From a bacterium (GTDB lineage Bacteria > Patescibacteriota > Minisyncoccia > Moranbacterales > UBA2206), in contig JAKQLJ010000020.1 in the NCBI GenBank assembly GCA_029567195.1, positions 3,971-67,970 on the forward strand: a DNA stretch of 64,000 nt. The letters run 5' to 3'. Of this stretch, positions 1 through 10,219 are shown piece by piece. The translations under genes were made by a program, and so were the position numbers. The notes below the pieces were generated by a model that was given only the letters and a program-made list of their open reading frames with translations, was not told where the DNA came from and made no database searches. The number at the start of each line of letters is the position of its first letter. Positions within the stretch are counted from its first letter, which is position 1.

Positions 1-1096
1 CCTCTATTCCTAGACTCATTTCTGAGACTATCACCGGATTGTTTTTGCTCCAAGAAAGAGCGGCAGAGGATGAAGGCAAGGAATGTTTTTGATTGTTTTT
101 TATCAGATAATATTTTTGATCTTCATTGGTAACAAAAATCGTTCCGTCGGGATGGGGGCTGAAGATGGTGAATAACTTTTCTTTTTTATACATAGCCATT
201 TCATCTCCGGAGATTTTCCGGAGATCATCCCAAGAATATCCCATATTTTCAAAAGTAATGGAACTGTCGATGGGAAGCGTTTTTCCGTTTGATACGAGAA
301 AGGCGGAGTCGCCATAAGACACTAAAGATCCGTCGGCAAAACCCTCCGTGTCATCAGAAAGCGGATATTTTTTCAAAAAATCAGCTGTTTTTTCTATCGC
401 CTGATTGTCGGCGTAACTACTCAGATAGGCTTGGCTACTCACAAATTTTCTTAATATATCATCTTTTAAAATATAATATTCATTGTCAATTTTAAAAATG
501 GAATAATTAGGATAAGTGGAAATATCGGAAATTTCCTCTCCTTTCGGATTATATTTCAAATCTTCTGCGGTTGTTTCAATAAAATAATTTTTGTCAAATC
601 CCAGCGTTTCTAAGATTGAATCATTGCGAAATTTTTTCAATTTTCCGTCAGAAACCAAGTAATAATTTCCCTCACTTTTTACGGCCGTTCCGTCCCTAAA
701 GCCTACCGGTTCTCCTTCCGGATAAAAAAAGGCTTGATAGGATTTTCTGGCATTCAAAGAAGCTGAAACAAATTCTTCCGATTTTTTGCTTAGAATTATG
801 GAAACTCTTCCCGTAGAATAATTGCCGATAACAGAAGCATCGAATGTCAATGGTTTTGTTCCTTCTATCCTTCCTCTTTCGGGAAATAACCCTTCCGAGT
901 TTCTTATGTTTGCCAAGTTATTTTTAGTAGAGTTGGGGTTTAGAAAGGAAAATGTTAGGAATTGAGTCGGAAAGGCAATTATAATAAATAAATAGACAGC
1001 TAAAAAAAGAGCCAAAAGATAAACAGCCGTCTGGAACAATCGGTAATGTTTATAATTTTTTTCGTCTAATTCTATTTTTTTAGTGAGATCAAACAT
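1..1096 (-). CDS. Membrane-anchored surface protein with about four internal repeats (3' end runs off the window; absent from the ORF track)
   Basis: Manual translation from ATG 1096 (MFDLTKKIELDEKNYKHYRLFQTAVYLLALFLAVYLFIIIAFP...) stays open to base 2. It has one N-terminal TM helix and repeats such as FRDGTAVKSEGNYYLVSDG, FADGSLVSYGDSAFLVSNG and HPDGTIFVTNEDQKYYLIKNN. Confidence 0.8.
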   Translation of the reverse strand, partial: MFDLTKKIELDEKNYKHYRLFQTAVYLLALFLAVYLFIIIAFPTQFLTFSFLNPNSTKNNLANIRNSEGLFPERGRIEGTKPLTFDASVIGNYSTGRVSIILSKKSEEFVSASLNARKSYQAFFYPEGEPVGFRDGTAVKSEGNYYLVSDGKLKKFRNDSILETLGFDKNYFIETTAEDLKYNPKGEEISDISTYPNYSIFKIDNEYYILKDDILRKFVSSQAYLSSYADNQAIEKTADFLKKYPLSDDTEGFADGSLVSYGDSAFLVSNGKTLPIDSSITFENMGYSWDDLRKISGDEMAMYKKEKLFTIFSPHPDGTIFVTNEDQKYYLIKNNQKHSLPSSSAALSWSKNNPVIVSEMSLGIE

Positions 1097-1187
1097 ATCT
1101 TTTTTAATCCGAATCATTTAAGTCATTTTAAGTTAATTCCATCCTGTCTTTATGATAAGCTACTTTATTGGAATAACTTTTGTCTGT

Positions 1188-1307
1188 TGTCATTCCCGCG
1201 AAAGCCATGCCTACCGGCAGGCAGGCCTGCCTACCGGCAGGCAGGCGGGAATCCAGTCTTCATAATCTAGCTTGTTTTCTGGATTCCCAATCAAGTTGGG
1301 AATGACA
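1188..1307. repeat. Composite palindromic mini-element (TGTCATTCCC...GGGAATGACA) carrying two tandem TGCCTACCGGCAGGCAGGC units
   Basis: Terminal inverted repeats and internal hairpins are visible. Related copies lie at 11807, 12909, 55553 and 56469. Confidence 0.85.
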
Positions 1308-1341
1308 TCGGGAAGAAACTTAATATGATTTTATTATCATT

Positions 1342-3102
1342 CTATTTTATCATGTATATTTTTCCGTAGATAATGGTTTTTTGGCTCTCTGGCAGGCTTA
1401 AATCGGAGTTTTGCGGTTTGTCTTTTTCTCCGCTTTTTATGTTTAAAGACGTGGTTTCTATGCGATATTCCCTCTGAAAATACATTTTTTCTCCTAAGGG
1501 GCTTTTTTCGTATAGCTCAATATTTTTATCTGGCACAACAAGATATACATTGCTAAACCGGCTTAGTTTTATTTTTTCCAAATCTTTGGAATTAAAGAAG
1601 TAAACAGCTTGTTTGCCGTAAAGAAAATTCAACGGTCCTGCCATCATTGACCAGCCGGATCCGGAAGCTTCCCTATCCATCAAAACCAAATCGGAGGAAC
1701 TGAAATGGCGGCTCATTTCTTCAGTCTGGGCCAGTAAATTCTGGTTTTCTTTTACCGGAAAATAAGGGATGAAAATAAAAAGATTTATTATAAGCAGGGC
1801 CAGGGACAGAAAATGGAAAAATATTCTTTTTCTTTCAAAAAATTTGTCCAACAACCAAACGGAATAGAAAATGGAAACGGGAACTATGGTAAAAACAAAT
1901 CTTCTGAGCATCCAAGGGTGGTCGGAAGAAATGCTGGGATTAATAAGATACAAAAAAGCCGGCGAAGATATGAGAAGGGGAAACAAGTTTTCGTAATGTT
2001 TGTTTTTTAAGGCGTAAAAAAGGGCGATGAAAGCGATAATAACAAAATCAAAAATGGCATAGACAAAAAGAACCTTGAAAACATAAAAAAAGGAGAAAAT
2101 ATTACCGGATGGCGTAGTAGTATTTGCCAGTGAACCGAAAAGACCCTTCAGAGCATTTAAATAGAAAGGGTAATTAACGTTGAAACTGAAAAGATAAAGA
2201 ACTATCAAAGAGGCAAAAGCTACAGCCATCCATTTTTTTCTCAAAATATTTCCAAAATCGTTCCAGCTCTTTTGTTTTATGCGGATAAGAAAGATGGCAA
2301 TAGCCAAAAAAGCCAAGCCTTCAATCCTGGTAAAGGCCAGAAAAAGAAAAGAAAGAAGGGCGGACGAGAGATGGAGAGTATGTTTTCTTTCCATAAAAAT
2401 GGAAAAATTCCACAGTCCAAACCAGAAAAGAAAAAGAGCCAGGTTTTCGCTCAGAGTAAATTTAAAAAACCAGGAAAAAACAAAAGAGGTGAGGACCAAA
2501 AGCCAGGCGACAAAAGAAGGATAAGTCTTTAAATAAATTCGGCTGAAAGAAAAAAAGAAAATAAGAAACAAAAATAAGGTAATCCCGTTGGCTAAAACAA
2601 GGCCGGAAAGGCCAAAAATTGAATAAAAAGAAGCCAGCCAGGAAATGTAGCCGATGGGAAAATGGGTTATTAACTGTCCGTCCGCGGTATAGTTAAAGCC
2701 GGGAAAATTAAGCGCTTTTCCAGGACCGTAAATATTAAAAAACTCCCGAGAAGCTGGAAAGCTGAATTTTAATTGATGTTTTTGAGAGAGCCTAATGGCG
2801 GCTTCCGAAAAAGAGCCTTGGTCGCGGCCGGAAAAAATAGTGGGAGAAACAAAGGAAGACAAAATGTATACAAACAACAGGGAAATTATGATAATAACGG
2901 AAAATTTCGCGTGTTTGTAAAAAAAACGCCAATTTTTTCCGAAAATAAAAAAAAGAACGGCAGATCCTAAAATTAAATAAGCGGTTAAAATTTGCCCGTA
3001 AAATAATCCAATGATTGTCATTAAAAGGCTTAAAAAAAGAAGCCCCAACCAAAAAAGTCCCAAAATAGCCAGCAATTGGTTTTTGCCAAAATTAAATTTC
3101 AT
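1342..3102 (-). CDS. Polytopic GT-C-fold (PMT/ArnT-like) membrane glycosyltransferase
   Basis: 586 aa with many TM helices, an acidic GRDQG motif in the first loop, and SE and RxE motifs. Confidence 0.65.
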   Translation of the reverse strand: MKFNFGKNQLLAILGLFWLGLLFLSLLMTIIGLFYGQILTAYLILGSAVLFFIFGKNWRFFYKHAKFSVIIIISLLFVYILSSFVSPTIFSGRDQGSFSEAAIRLSQKHQLKFSFPASREFFNIYGPGKALNFPGFNYTADGQLITHFPIGYISWLASFYSIFGLSGLVLANGITLFLFLIFFFSFSRIYLKTYPSFVAWLLVLTSFVFSWFFKFTLSENLALFLFWFGLWNFSIFMERKHTLHLSSALLSFLFLAFTRIEGLAFLAIAIFLIRIKQKSWNDFGNILRKKWMAVAFASLIVLYLFSFNVNYPFYLNALKGLFGSLANTTTPSGNIFSFFYVFKVLFVYAIFDFVIIAFIALFYALKNKHYENLFPLLISSPAFLYLINPSISSDHPWMLRRFVFTIVPVSIFYSVWLLDKFFERKRIFFHFLSLALLIINLFIFIPYFPVKENQNLLAQTEEMSRHFSSSDLVLMDREASGSGWSMMAGPLNFLYGKQAVYFFNSKDLEKIKLSRFSNVYLVVPDKNIELYEKSPLGEKMYFQREYRIETTSLNIKSGEKDKPQNSDLSLPESQKTIIYGKIYMIK

Positions 3103-3108
3103 ACCATT

Positions 3109-3137
3109 ATTATAGCTTCAAAAAAGCTTTCTGCCAA
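3109..3137 (-). promoter_or_regulatory. Sigma70-type promoter TTGGCA-17-TATAAT (probably leaderless mRNA)
   Basis: Read on the minus strand; only 6 nt separate the -10 box from the ATG at 3102. Confidence 0.6.
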
Positions 3138-3149
3138 TAAGCCGCCCCT

Positions 3150-3178
3150 TTGCTAGAAGTTGGTTTTTAAGGTAGAAT
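3150..3178 (+). promoter_or_regulatory. Sigma70-type promoter TTGCTA-17-TAGAAT
   Basis: Upstream of the plus-strand operon starting at 3207; back to back with the minus-strand promoter. Confidence 0.55.
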
Positions 3179-3206
3179 TGTAAAAGAAATAATTTATCAT
3201 TCAATT

Positions 3207-4385
3207 ATGAAAATATTGGTCATCGCGCCAACTCCTTTTTTTTCTGATCGGGGAACGCACATAAGAATATTGGAAGAAGCTCTGGCTCTGGAAAAATTGG
3301 GGCATGAAATTACCATCTCTACTTATCATATTGGGAAAAATATTGATCGGAGAATTAACACCAAGATAGATGTCAGAAGGATTTTGCGCCTTCTTTTTTG
3401 GTATAAAAAGCTGGAAGCGGGACCGGATTGGCAGAAAATAATTTTGGATATCATGCTTATCAGAAAAACTTTTTTTCTGGCCAGAACCAAAAAACCGGAC
3501 ATTATTCACGGCCATCTTCATGAAGGAGTGCTCATCGGCTGGATAGTAAAATACCTTCTTTTTTGGCGCAAGATTAAATTGGTGGCTGATTTCCATGGAA
3601 GCCTTACCGGGGAGATGCTTTCTCATGGCTATCTTAAACGCGGACTCAAGGGAATTTTCTCTCAGATTGAAAAATTTATCAATAAACGTGGCGATTATGC
3701 CATAACCAGTTCCTGGGAATGCACAAAGGATGTGAAAAAATCCAGAAAAGATGGTAAAATAGAAACAGTGCTGGATGGAATTAATCTCGACAGTTTTGTT
3801 TTTTCTTCAAAAAAAGAAGAGATGAAAAAAGAATGGGAAATTCCGGACGGAAAATTTATCGTTGGTTATACCGGGGGACTCATTCCCAATAAAGGAATCG
3901 ATTATCTTTTGAAAGCTATCCCTTTAGTCTTGGAAAAACGGAAGGATGTATTTTTTTTGATTGGCGGTTTTCCTCCGGAAGAAATAGAAAGATTCATAAA
4001 AGACAAAAAATTGGGAGAATTCGTCCGTTTGGTCAGTCCTTTGGATTATTTCCGCTTGCCTGAGTTTTTGCATATTTGCGACATTGCTATCGATCCCAAA
4101 GGCAGTGATACTAACCAAGCCAGCGGCAAGATGCTGAATTATATGGCAGCCGGACTGGCCGTTGTCTGTTTTGACAAAGTTAATAACCGGGAATATTTAG
4201 GTGAAGGGGGATATTTTTGTCGGGAGATGTCTCCTCTGGCTTTGGCCGAAGGGATTTTTTATTTTCTGGAAAAACCGGAAGAGGCGAAACAAAAAGGATT
4301 ATATAACAGGGAAAAAGCTAAAACTTTTAGTTGGGATGCTCCGGCTAAAAAAATTGAATTAATATATAATAAAATAAAAAGTTAA
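3207..4385 (+). CDS. GT4 family glycosyltransferase
   Basis: GT-B motifs YTGGLIPNKGIDYLL and KMLNYMAAGLAVV. Confidence 0.85.
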   Translation: MKILVIAPTPFFSDRGTHIRILEEALALEKLGHEITISTYHIGKNIDRRINTKIDVRRILRLLFWYKKLEAGPDWQKIILDIMLIRKTFFLARTKKPDIIHGHLHEGVLIGWIVKYLLFWRKIKLVADFHGSLTGEMLSHGYLKRGLKGIFSQIEKFINKRGDYAITSSWECTKDVKKSRKDGKIETVLDGINLDSFVFSSKKEEMKKEWEIPDGKFIVGYTGGLIPNKGIDYLLKAIPLVLEKRKDVFFLIGGFPPEEIERFIKDKKLGEFVRLVSPLDYFRLPEFLHICDIAIDPKGSDTNQASGKMLNYMAAGLAVVCFDKVNNREYLGEGGYFCREMSPLALAEGIFYFLEKPEEAKQKGLYNREKAKTFSWDAPAKKIELIYNKIKS

Positions 4386-4387
4386 CT

Positions 4388-5785
4388 ATGAAAAAAATCG
4401 CAAGGTATTTAGCCGAAAAGAAGGCAATTATTATAGGTTTGGTTATTTTTATCGCTATCTTTACAGCGGCCTTTTTCTTTGCCAGCGGCAACAAAAAGAT
4501 CATCGGGCTAAAATCCCTTTCTTTGGCCAGCAAAGTATCAAAATTTTTGCCTATTACCAAGGACGAGCAAAAAGAATTGGAAGTGGTCAATAAATTGGTG
4601 GAAACATTAAATAAAAAAGACGATCGCACCTGGACATTTATGATATTTCTCCAAAATAATATGGAGCTTCGTCCAGGCGGAGGATTTCTGGGCCAGTATG
4701 CGGTAGTAAAGATAAAAAACGGAGAAGTTATTTCCACTACCATTGAGGATGCCAATTTGTTGGACCAAAGAATCACTGCCAAAGTGGCTCCTCCCTATCC
4801 ATTTAAAAGAATGATGCAGATAAAAAGCTGGAAATTTAGAGATTCCAACTTTTCCCCCGATTTTCCAACTAACATTGAAAAAGCTAAATATTTTTATCGT
4901 TTGTCTGGAAGAGGCGGTGACTTTGACGGTTTTGTTGCTGTCAATACTGAAGTGTTCAATCATATTTTGGCTCTTACCGGTCCAATTACTGTTCCCGGAT
5001 ATTCAGGAGAATATAACAGCCGGGATGGAGCTTTAAAGCTGGAAGAATTTGTGGAAAAGCAATACATTATGAATCCGGAGCTGGACACCCAAAACCGAAA
5101 AATGATTCTTCAGAAAATGGGTCCAATGATAATTGAAAAACTTTTTACTCTTGGCAATGTGACTAAAATCGCTGAATTGGTGCACAATGATCTCAAAAAC
5201 AAGAATATAATGCTCAATTTTAAGGATCCCGCTCTTCAGTCCCAAGTGGAAAGCGTTTTTTGGGACGGCAAAGTGGCAACCGATTGGGGATCGGATTATT
5301 TGATGCTGGTGGATGCCAATATGGGGGCTTTAAAAACTGATTATTACATCAAGCGGGAAATTTCCTATGATGTTGATTTGACGGCAGAGAAGCCAACGGT
5401 TACCCTTAATATCAAATATAAAAATACTGCTCCTTACGGCGATTGGCGAACAAGCGATTATCACACCTTTCTTCGGGTTTACGTGCCGAAAGGATCGACT
5501 TTTTTGGAAAGAACCATGGTAGGTTATCCTAATATTGGAGAAGAATTCGGCAAAACTTATTTCGGGGTGATTGTCCATGTGCTTATAAATGGAGAAACAA
5601 ACGGAATGCTTAAATATGAGCTTCCGGCTGACTTTAACAAGGATGATTACCGGCTTTTGGTTCAGAAGCAATCAGGAGTGGGTGACGTGCCGATAAAAAT
5701 TCACCTGAAAACCAAAGACGGAGAATTTACCCAAGAATCAATTCTCAATCATGACACAAGATTTGAGTTTCAGAAGGGAAAATAA
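4388..5785 (+). CDS. DUF4012-domain membrane-anchored protein
   Basis: N-terminal TM helix; LQNNMELRPGGGF and FRDSNFSPDFP motifs. Confidence 0.75.
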   Translation: MKKIARYLAEKKAIIIGLVIFIAIFTAAFFFASGNKKIIGLKSLSLASKVSKFLPITKDEQKELEVVNKLVETLNKKDDRTWTFMIFLQNNMELRPGGGFLGQYAVVKIKNGEVISTTIEDANLLDQRITAKVAPPYPFKRMMQIKSWKFRDSNFSPDFPTNIEKAKYFYRLSGRGGDFDGFVAVNTEVFNHILALTGPITVPGYSGEYNSRDGALKLEEFVEKQYIMNPELDTQNRKMILQKMGPMIIEKLFTLGNVTKIAELVHNDLKNKNIMLNFKDPALQSQVESVFWDGKVATDWGSDYLMLVDANMGALKTDYYIKREISYDVDLTAEKPTVTLNIKYKNTAPYGDWRTSDYHTFLRVYVPKGSTFLERTMVGYPNIGEEFGKTYFGVIVHVLINGETNGMLKYELPADFNKDDYRLLVQKQSGVGDVPIKIHLKTKDGEFTQESILNHDTRFEFQKGK

Positions 5786-5806
5786 TACTTAGAGTTTTTC
5801 AAAAGT

Positions 5807-6988
5807 ATGAAATCATTTCTGGTAAAACTCGGAAAAATATATAAGATGATCAGAAAAAACGGTCCTTGGAACGGATGCAGGATCGTTTTTATGTATGTCG
5901 GAATATTCATAAAAAGCCTTTTCGGAGTTAAGTCGGGAGATATCCTTATCATTACCGGCGGAGTGGGTGATAGCGCTTTTTATCGGGCCGGTAACCAAAA
6001 AGAAGAATTGAATATGCACGGTTTTCGCTGTTTTTCTACTATCACCGATAATCCTTTTCTTTTAAAATATGTTTCCCGGTTTAAAATTTTTATTTTTCAC
6101 CGAACAATTGTCACTCCTAAAATTGCCGCATTTTTGGAAGAAATAAAAAAAGCGAAAAAAGAGATAATTTTTGATACTGATGATCTGGTTTATGATATAA
6201 AATATTTTGAGAATACGGACAGCTATCAGAGTATGAACGCTTTGGAAAAACGCCAATATGAAAAAGGGGTGGGAGAGGAAATTGTGAAAGACGGTTATGT
6301 AAAAGTGGCTACAACTACCACCAGTTTTCTGGCCAACAAACTAAGGGAATCGGGGAAGATTGTTTATATTTCCAAAAATAAAATTTCCAACCACGAATTG
6401 GAGATAGCGGAAAAAATACGCCAAAATTTCAAGAAAAAAGAGGATGGGATTGTCAGAATCGGCTATTATAGCGGCACTATTTCCCACAATAAGGATTTTG
6501 CTTCCATTACTCCGGCGCTTATGAATATTTTAGAAAAGTATGAAAAGACGGAATTGCTTTTAGCCGGACCGCTGGACAGTGAAAACGAGCTGAATAAATT
6601 TAAGGACAGAGTTAAAAAGCTGCCTTTTGTGCCAAGGGATCAATATTATGAAAATCTTTATTTGTCTGATATCAATCTGGCTCCCTTGATTAAAGGCGAT
6701 CCTTTTTGCGAATCAAAATCGGAAATCAAATTTACGGAACCGGGAGTTTTGGGAGTGCCGACGGTGGCAATTAGGAATCAGACCTTTTCTGAAGCCATAG
6801 AAGACGGGGTGGACGGGTTTTTAGCGGACAATATTTCCGAATGGACAGAAAAAATATCCCGGTTAATTGAAAATGAAAATTTACGGCGGGAAATGGGAGA
6901 AAAAGCGCGGGAAAAAGTTTTACGCGAATATTCTAACAAAAATAGTCATAACGAGAAATATTACAATTATCTAAAAAGCAAATTATAA
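5807..6988 (+). CDS. GT-B (GT4-like) glycosyltransferase
   Basis: FDTDDL, IGYYSGTISH, KSEIKFTE and DGVDGFLA motifs. Confidence 0.8.
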   Translation: MKSFLVKLGKIYKMIRKNGPWNGCRIVFMYVGIFIKSLFGVKSGDILIITGGVGDSAFYRAGNQKEELNMHGFRCFSTITDNPFLLKYVSRFKIFIFHRTIVTPKIAAFLEEIKKAKKEIIFDTDDLVYDIKYFENTDSYQSMNALEKRQYEKGVGEEIVKDGYVKVATTTTSFLANKLRESGKIVYISKNKISNHELEIAEKIRQNFKKKEDGIVRIGYYSGTISHNKDFASITPALMNILEKYEKTELLLAGPLDSENELNKFKDRVKKLPFVPRDQYYENLYLSDINLAPLIKGDPFCESKSEIKFTEPGVLGVPTVAIRNQTFSEAIEDGVDGFLADNISEWTEKISRLIENENLRREMGEKAREKVLREYSNKNSHNEKYYNYLKSKL

Positions 6989-7057
6989 GGTTAAAAAGGA
7001 TTATTGAAAATTAATTTTTTTTGAAAATTATAATTATTTAATAGTCAGAAGATAAAA

Positions 7058-8011
7058 ATGGCAACAATATTAATCACTGGCGGAGCGGGGTTTATCGGCT
7101 CGGCGTGCGCTAAAAAATTAATGGATAGAGGAGACAAGGTTGTTATAATTGATAATTTTAATAACTATTACGATCCGTCTTTAAAAGAAGCGAGAATTAA
7201 AAAATTTCTTAAAGGTTACAAGTTCAAGCTCTACCGTGGCGATATTCGGGATGCAAAACTAATTGAAAAAATATTCAGGAAAGAAAAAATTGACAAAGTT
7301 ATCCATCTGGCGGCTTTGGCCGGAGTGAGGAATTCTCTGCTGGATCCCAGAAGTTATTTTGATGTAAACGTCATGGGATCAATCAATCTTCTGGAAGCGG
7401 CGGTGAAATATAAAATAAAAAACTTTGTTTTTGCTTCCTCTTCTTCGGTTTATGGTAATAATAAAAAAACGCCCTTTTCGGAAAGTGATCCGGTGGATAC
7501 TCCCATTTCTCCTTATGCGGCCAGCAAAAAAACAGACGAGCTTATTGCCCACACTTATAGTCACATTTATGGACTCAATATTACGGCGTTAAGGTTTTTT
7601 ACCGTTTACGGCCCTTGGGGAAGGCCGGATATGGCGCTTTTTCTGTTTGCCGACGGGATAACCAGCGGAAAACCGATAAATGTTTTTAATCGCGGAAAAA
7701 TGAGCCGCAATTTTACCTATATTGATGACATCGTTTCCGGAACAATCACAGTCTTGGATAAGTGCCAGGGCTATGGCGTCATGAATATCGGCGGGGATAA
7801 AGAAGAGACGCTTATGCGTTACATCGAAGTTTTGGAAAAAAATCTTGGCAAAAAGGCCAAAAAAAATATGTTGCCAATGCAGCCGGGAGATGTGCCAAAA
7901 ACGGTTGCCGACATTAGAAGACTTAGAAAGCTCGGCTGGAAACCGACTACCAGAATCGAAAAAGGAATAGCTAATTTTGTGGAGTGGTATAAGAAATACT
8001 ACAATAAATGA
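7058..8011 (+). CDS. UDP-glucuronate 4-epimerase-like SDR
   Basis: GGAGFIG, ASSSSVYG, YAASKK, RFFTVYGPWGRPDMA and MQPGDV motifs. Confidence 0.85.
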   Translation: MATILITGGAGFIGSACAKKLMDRGDKVVIIDNFNNYYDPSLKEARIKKFLKGYKFKLYRGDIRDAKLIEKIFRKEKIDKVIHLAALAGVRNSLLDPRSYFDVNVMGSINLLEAAVKYKIKNFVFASSSSVYGNNKKTPFSESDPVDTPISPYAASKKTDELIAHTYSHIYGLNITALRFFTVYGPWGRPDMALFLFADGITSGKPINVFNRGKMSRNFTYIDDIVSGTITVLDKCQGYGVMNIGGDKEETLMRYIEVLEKNLGKKAKKNMLPMQPGDVPKTVADIRRLRKLGWKPTTRIEKGIANFVEWYKKYYNK

Positions 8012-9276
8012 TCCAAAGGATAAAAAACAACGCTTTTGCCAGAAATAGCCTTATTCTTTTCATTGGCACAATGACAGCCAATGTCCTTAATTATGTTTTT
8101 CATTTGGTAATTGGAAGAATGGTTAGTGCTGAAGTTTATGGAGAAGTGGAATCTTTAGTCTCGCTTATTGCCATAATTTCCGTTCCGGCGGCGACGCTTA
8201 CCATGGTGGCCACAAAATTCAGTGCGGCCAACAAAGCCGAAAATGACAGGGTGGGAAGCAGTGAAATAATGAAATATTTCAACAGGAAAATTTTCGTCTA
8301 TGGCTTGCCTGTTTTTATTGTCGCTGTTGCGATTTCTCCTTTTATCAAGAATTTTTTAAAAATTGAAAGTGTCTGGCCGCTCATTCTGGTCTGGATTATG
8401 ATGTTTTTGTCTTTTTTGGCAGCTGTCACAAGTGGAATTATAAACGGCTGGCAAAAATTCAAAGATGCCAGCTGGATGGGAATTTTTTCAGCGGTTATAA
8501 AACTGGTGGCGGCTGTTTTTTTGGTTAAATTAGGCTTTGCAGTGAACGGAGTGATTGGCGGTTTTGCCTTGGGGGCGCTGGTATCATACGCATTGTCTCT
8601 TTATTTTCTCCGTTTCATTAAAGATGGGGAAAAAAATAACAAAAATACTGTTTCCAATACCAATTTTTTCCCCATAAAAAGATATATTATCCCGGTTTTT
8701 ATTGGAAATTTGGCCATAAATATTTTGAGCAATGCCGATATGGTTCTGGCCAAACATAATCTGGATTCTATTTCAGCCGGCCAATACGGAGCGTTGACGG
8801 TGGTTTCTAAAGTTATTTTTTTTGCCACCGGTATCATTGGCACGGTTCTTTTCTCCATGTCAGCGGAAGATAACCACAAAAAAAATAATTCCAAGTCGAC
8901 ATTTAAACACGCTTTCTGCTTGATGTCAGTTGTGTCGGCAGGAGCGATTTTTTTCTATCTGCTATTTCCTGAATTTATTCTGGCGATGCTGTTTGGCGAT
9001 AAATATCGGGACGTTTCCAACTATCTTATCTGGTTTGCCATATCGGTAACTCTTTTCTCTTTTGTTAACTTGGTTTTTCAGTATCTTATTTCCATTCATA
9101 AAACAGATATCGCCTATGTTCTTTTGGTCGTTTCTGTCTTGGCCTCTCTGGCCGTCTTATTTGTAGGGCGCGGTATTTTTGCTATAATAAGCATAATGAT
9201 AACGGCCCAAGCTTCCGCTCTGATTTTGGGTGCTTATTATGTCTATAAAAATAGGAAAGAAGCCTATGGAAGATAA
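8008..9276 (+). CDS. Wzx-like oligosaccharide flippase
   Basis: About 12 TM helices, polysaccharide-biosynthesis-type N-terminus, glycan locus context. Confidence 0.75.
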   Translation: MIQRIKNNAFARNSLILFIGTMTANVLNYVFHLVIGRMVSAEVYGEVESLVSLIAIISVPAATLTMVATKFSAANKAENDRVGSSEIMKYFNRKIFVYGLPVFIVAVAISPFIKNFLKIESVWPLILVWIMMFLSFLAAVTSGIINGWQKFKDASWMGIFSAVIKLVAAVFLVKLGFAVNGVIGGFALGALVSYALSLYFLRFIKDGEKNNKNTVSNTNFFPIKRYIIPVFIGNLAINILSNADMVLAKHNLDSISAGQYGALTVVSKVIFFATGIIGTVLFSMSAEDNHKKNNSKSTFKHAFCLMSVVSAGAIFFYLLFPEFILAMLFGDKYRDVSNYLIWFAISVTLFSFVNLVFQYLISIHKTDIAYVLLVVSVLASLAVLFVGRGIFAIISIMITAQASALILGAYYVYKNRKEAYGR

Positions 9277-10204
9277 AAAAATCATTTCTATCATCACTCC
9301 GGTTTATAATGAGGAAAAAAATATCCCCATTTTTTATGCGGAGCTTCAAAAAGTTGTTAACTCTATGGATAAGTATGATTTTGAACTGATTTTTGTAAAT
9401 GACGGCAGTCGGGACAAAAGCCTGGAAGAATTAAGAAAAATGGAAAAGGAAGATGAAAGAGTGATGGTTATTGACTTGTCTCGAAACTTCGGCAAAGAAA
9501 TTGCCACCACTGCCGGAATAAACCATTGTCGGGGTGAAGCCTGTATTATGCTTGATAGCGATCTCCAACACCCGGTGGAAAAAATTCCTGAATTTGTTTC
9601 CAAGTGGGAAAATGGAGCGGAAGTGGTTATAGGAGTGCGAAAGAAAAATAATGGGGAAGGATTAGTGAAAAAAATGGGATCATTTTTCTTTTATAAAATC
9701 ATCAATCGCATATCGGATACTAAAGTTATGTCTAATGCCACTGATTATCGCCTTTTGGACAGGATGGTGATAAATGAGTTCAATAAGTTAACGGAAAAAA
9801 ACCGGATGACAAGAGCGCTTATCGATTGGCTGGGCTTCAAAAGAGAATATATTTATTTTGAGGCCAGGCCTAGAATTCATGGGGAAGCCGGATATAGTTT
9901 TTGGAAGCTAATGAGGCTGGCTTTTAACAGCATGATTTCGCTCAGCATTTTTCCTCTTCGTATTGCCGGATATCTGGGCATTATTATTACCATTTTTTCG
10001 GGCGTTTTGGGCTTATTTATTTTTATAACCAACTATGTGACAGAGAGTCTTGATTTTTCTGGTCCGGCTATTTTGGCGGTAGTGATTCTTTTTCTTATCG
10101 GCATTGTCCTTATTTGCCTCGGACTCATTGCGCTCTATATCGCTAACATCCATTCGGAAGTAAACAATCGGCCGCTTTATGTTGTGAGAAGATCCAGAAA
10201 GTAG
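9266..10204 (+). CDS. GT2 polyprenyl-phosphate glycosyltransferase (GtrB/ArnC-like)
   Basis: PVYNEE, NDGSRD, SRNFGKE and DSDLQHP motifs with two C-terminal TM helices. Start moved to the ATG at 9266. Confidence 0.85.
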   Translation: MEDKKIISIITPVYNEEKNIPIFYAELQKVVNSMDKYDFELIFVNDGSRDKSLEELRKMEKEDERVMVIDLSRNFGKEIATTAGINHCRGEACIMLDSDLQHPVEKIPEFVSKWENGAEVVIGVRKKNNGEGLVKKMGSFFFYKIINRISDTKVMSNATDYRLLDRMVINEFNKLTEKNRMTRALIDWLGFKREYIYFEARPRIHGEAGYSFWKLMRLAFNSMISLSIFPLRIAGYLGIIITIFSGVLGLFIFITNYVTESLDFSGPAILAVVILFLIGIVLICLGLIALYIANIHSEVNNRPLYVVRRSRK

Positions 10205-10219
10205 CTTAGACCAACTTTC

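Noticed and set aside
103-495. Short ORFs listed at the window start
   Set aside because: They overlap the long minus-strand frame 1-1096, which is the plausible gene.
7015-7022. Poly-T and poly-A runs as contingency loci
   Set aside because: Such runs are common throughout this AT-rich window and no associated frameshifts were seen.
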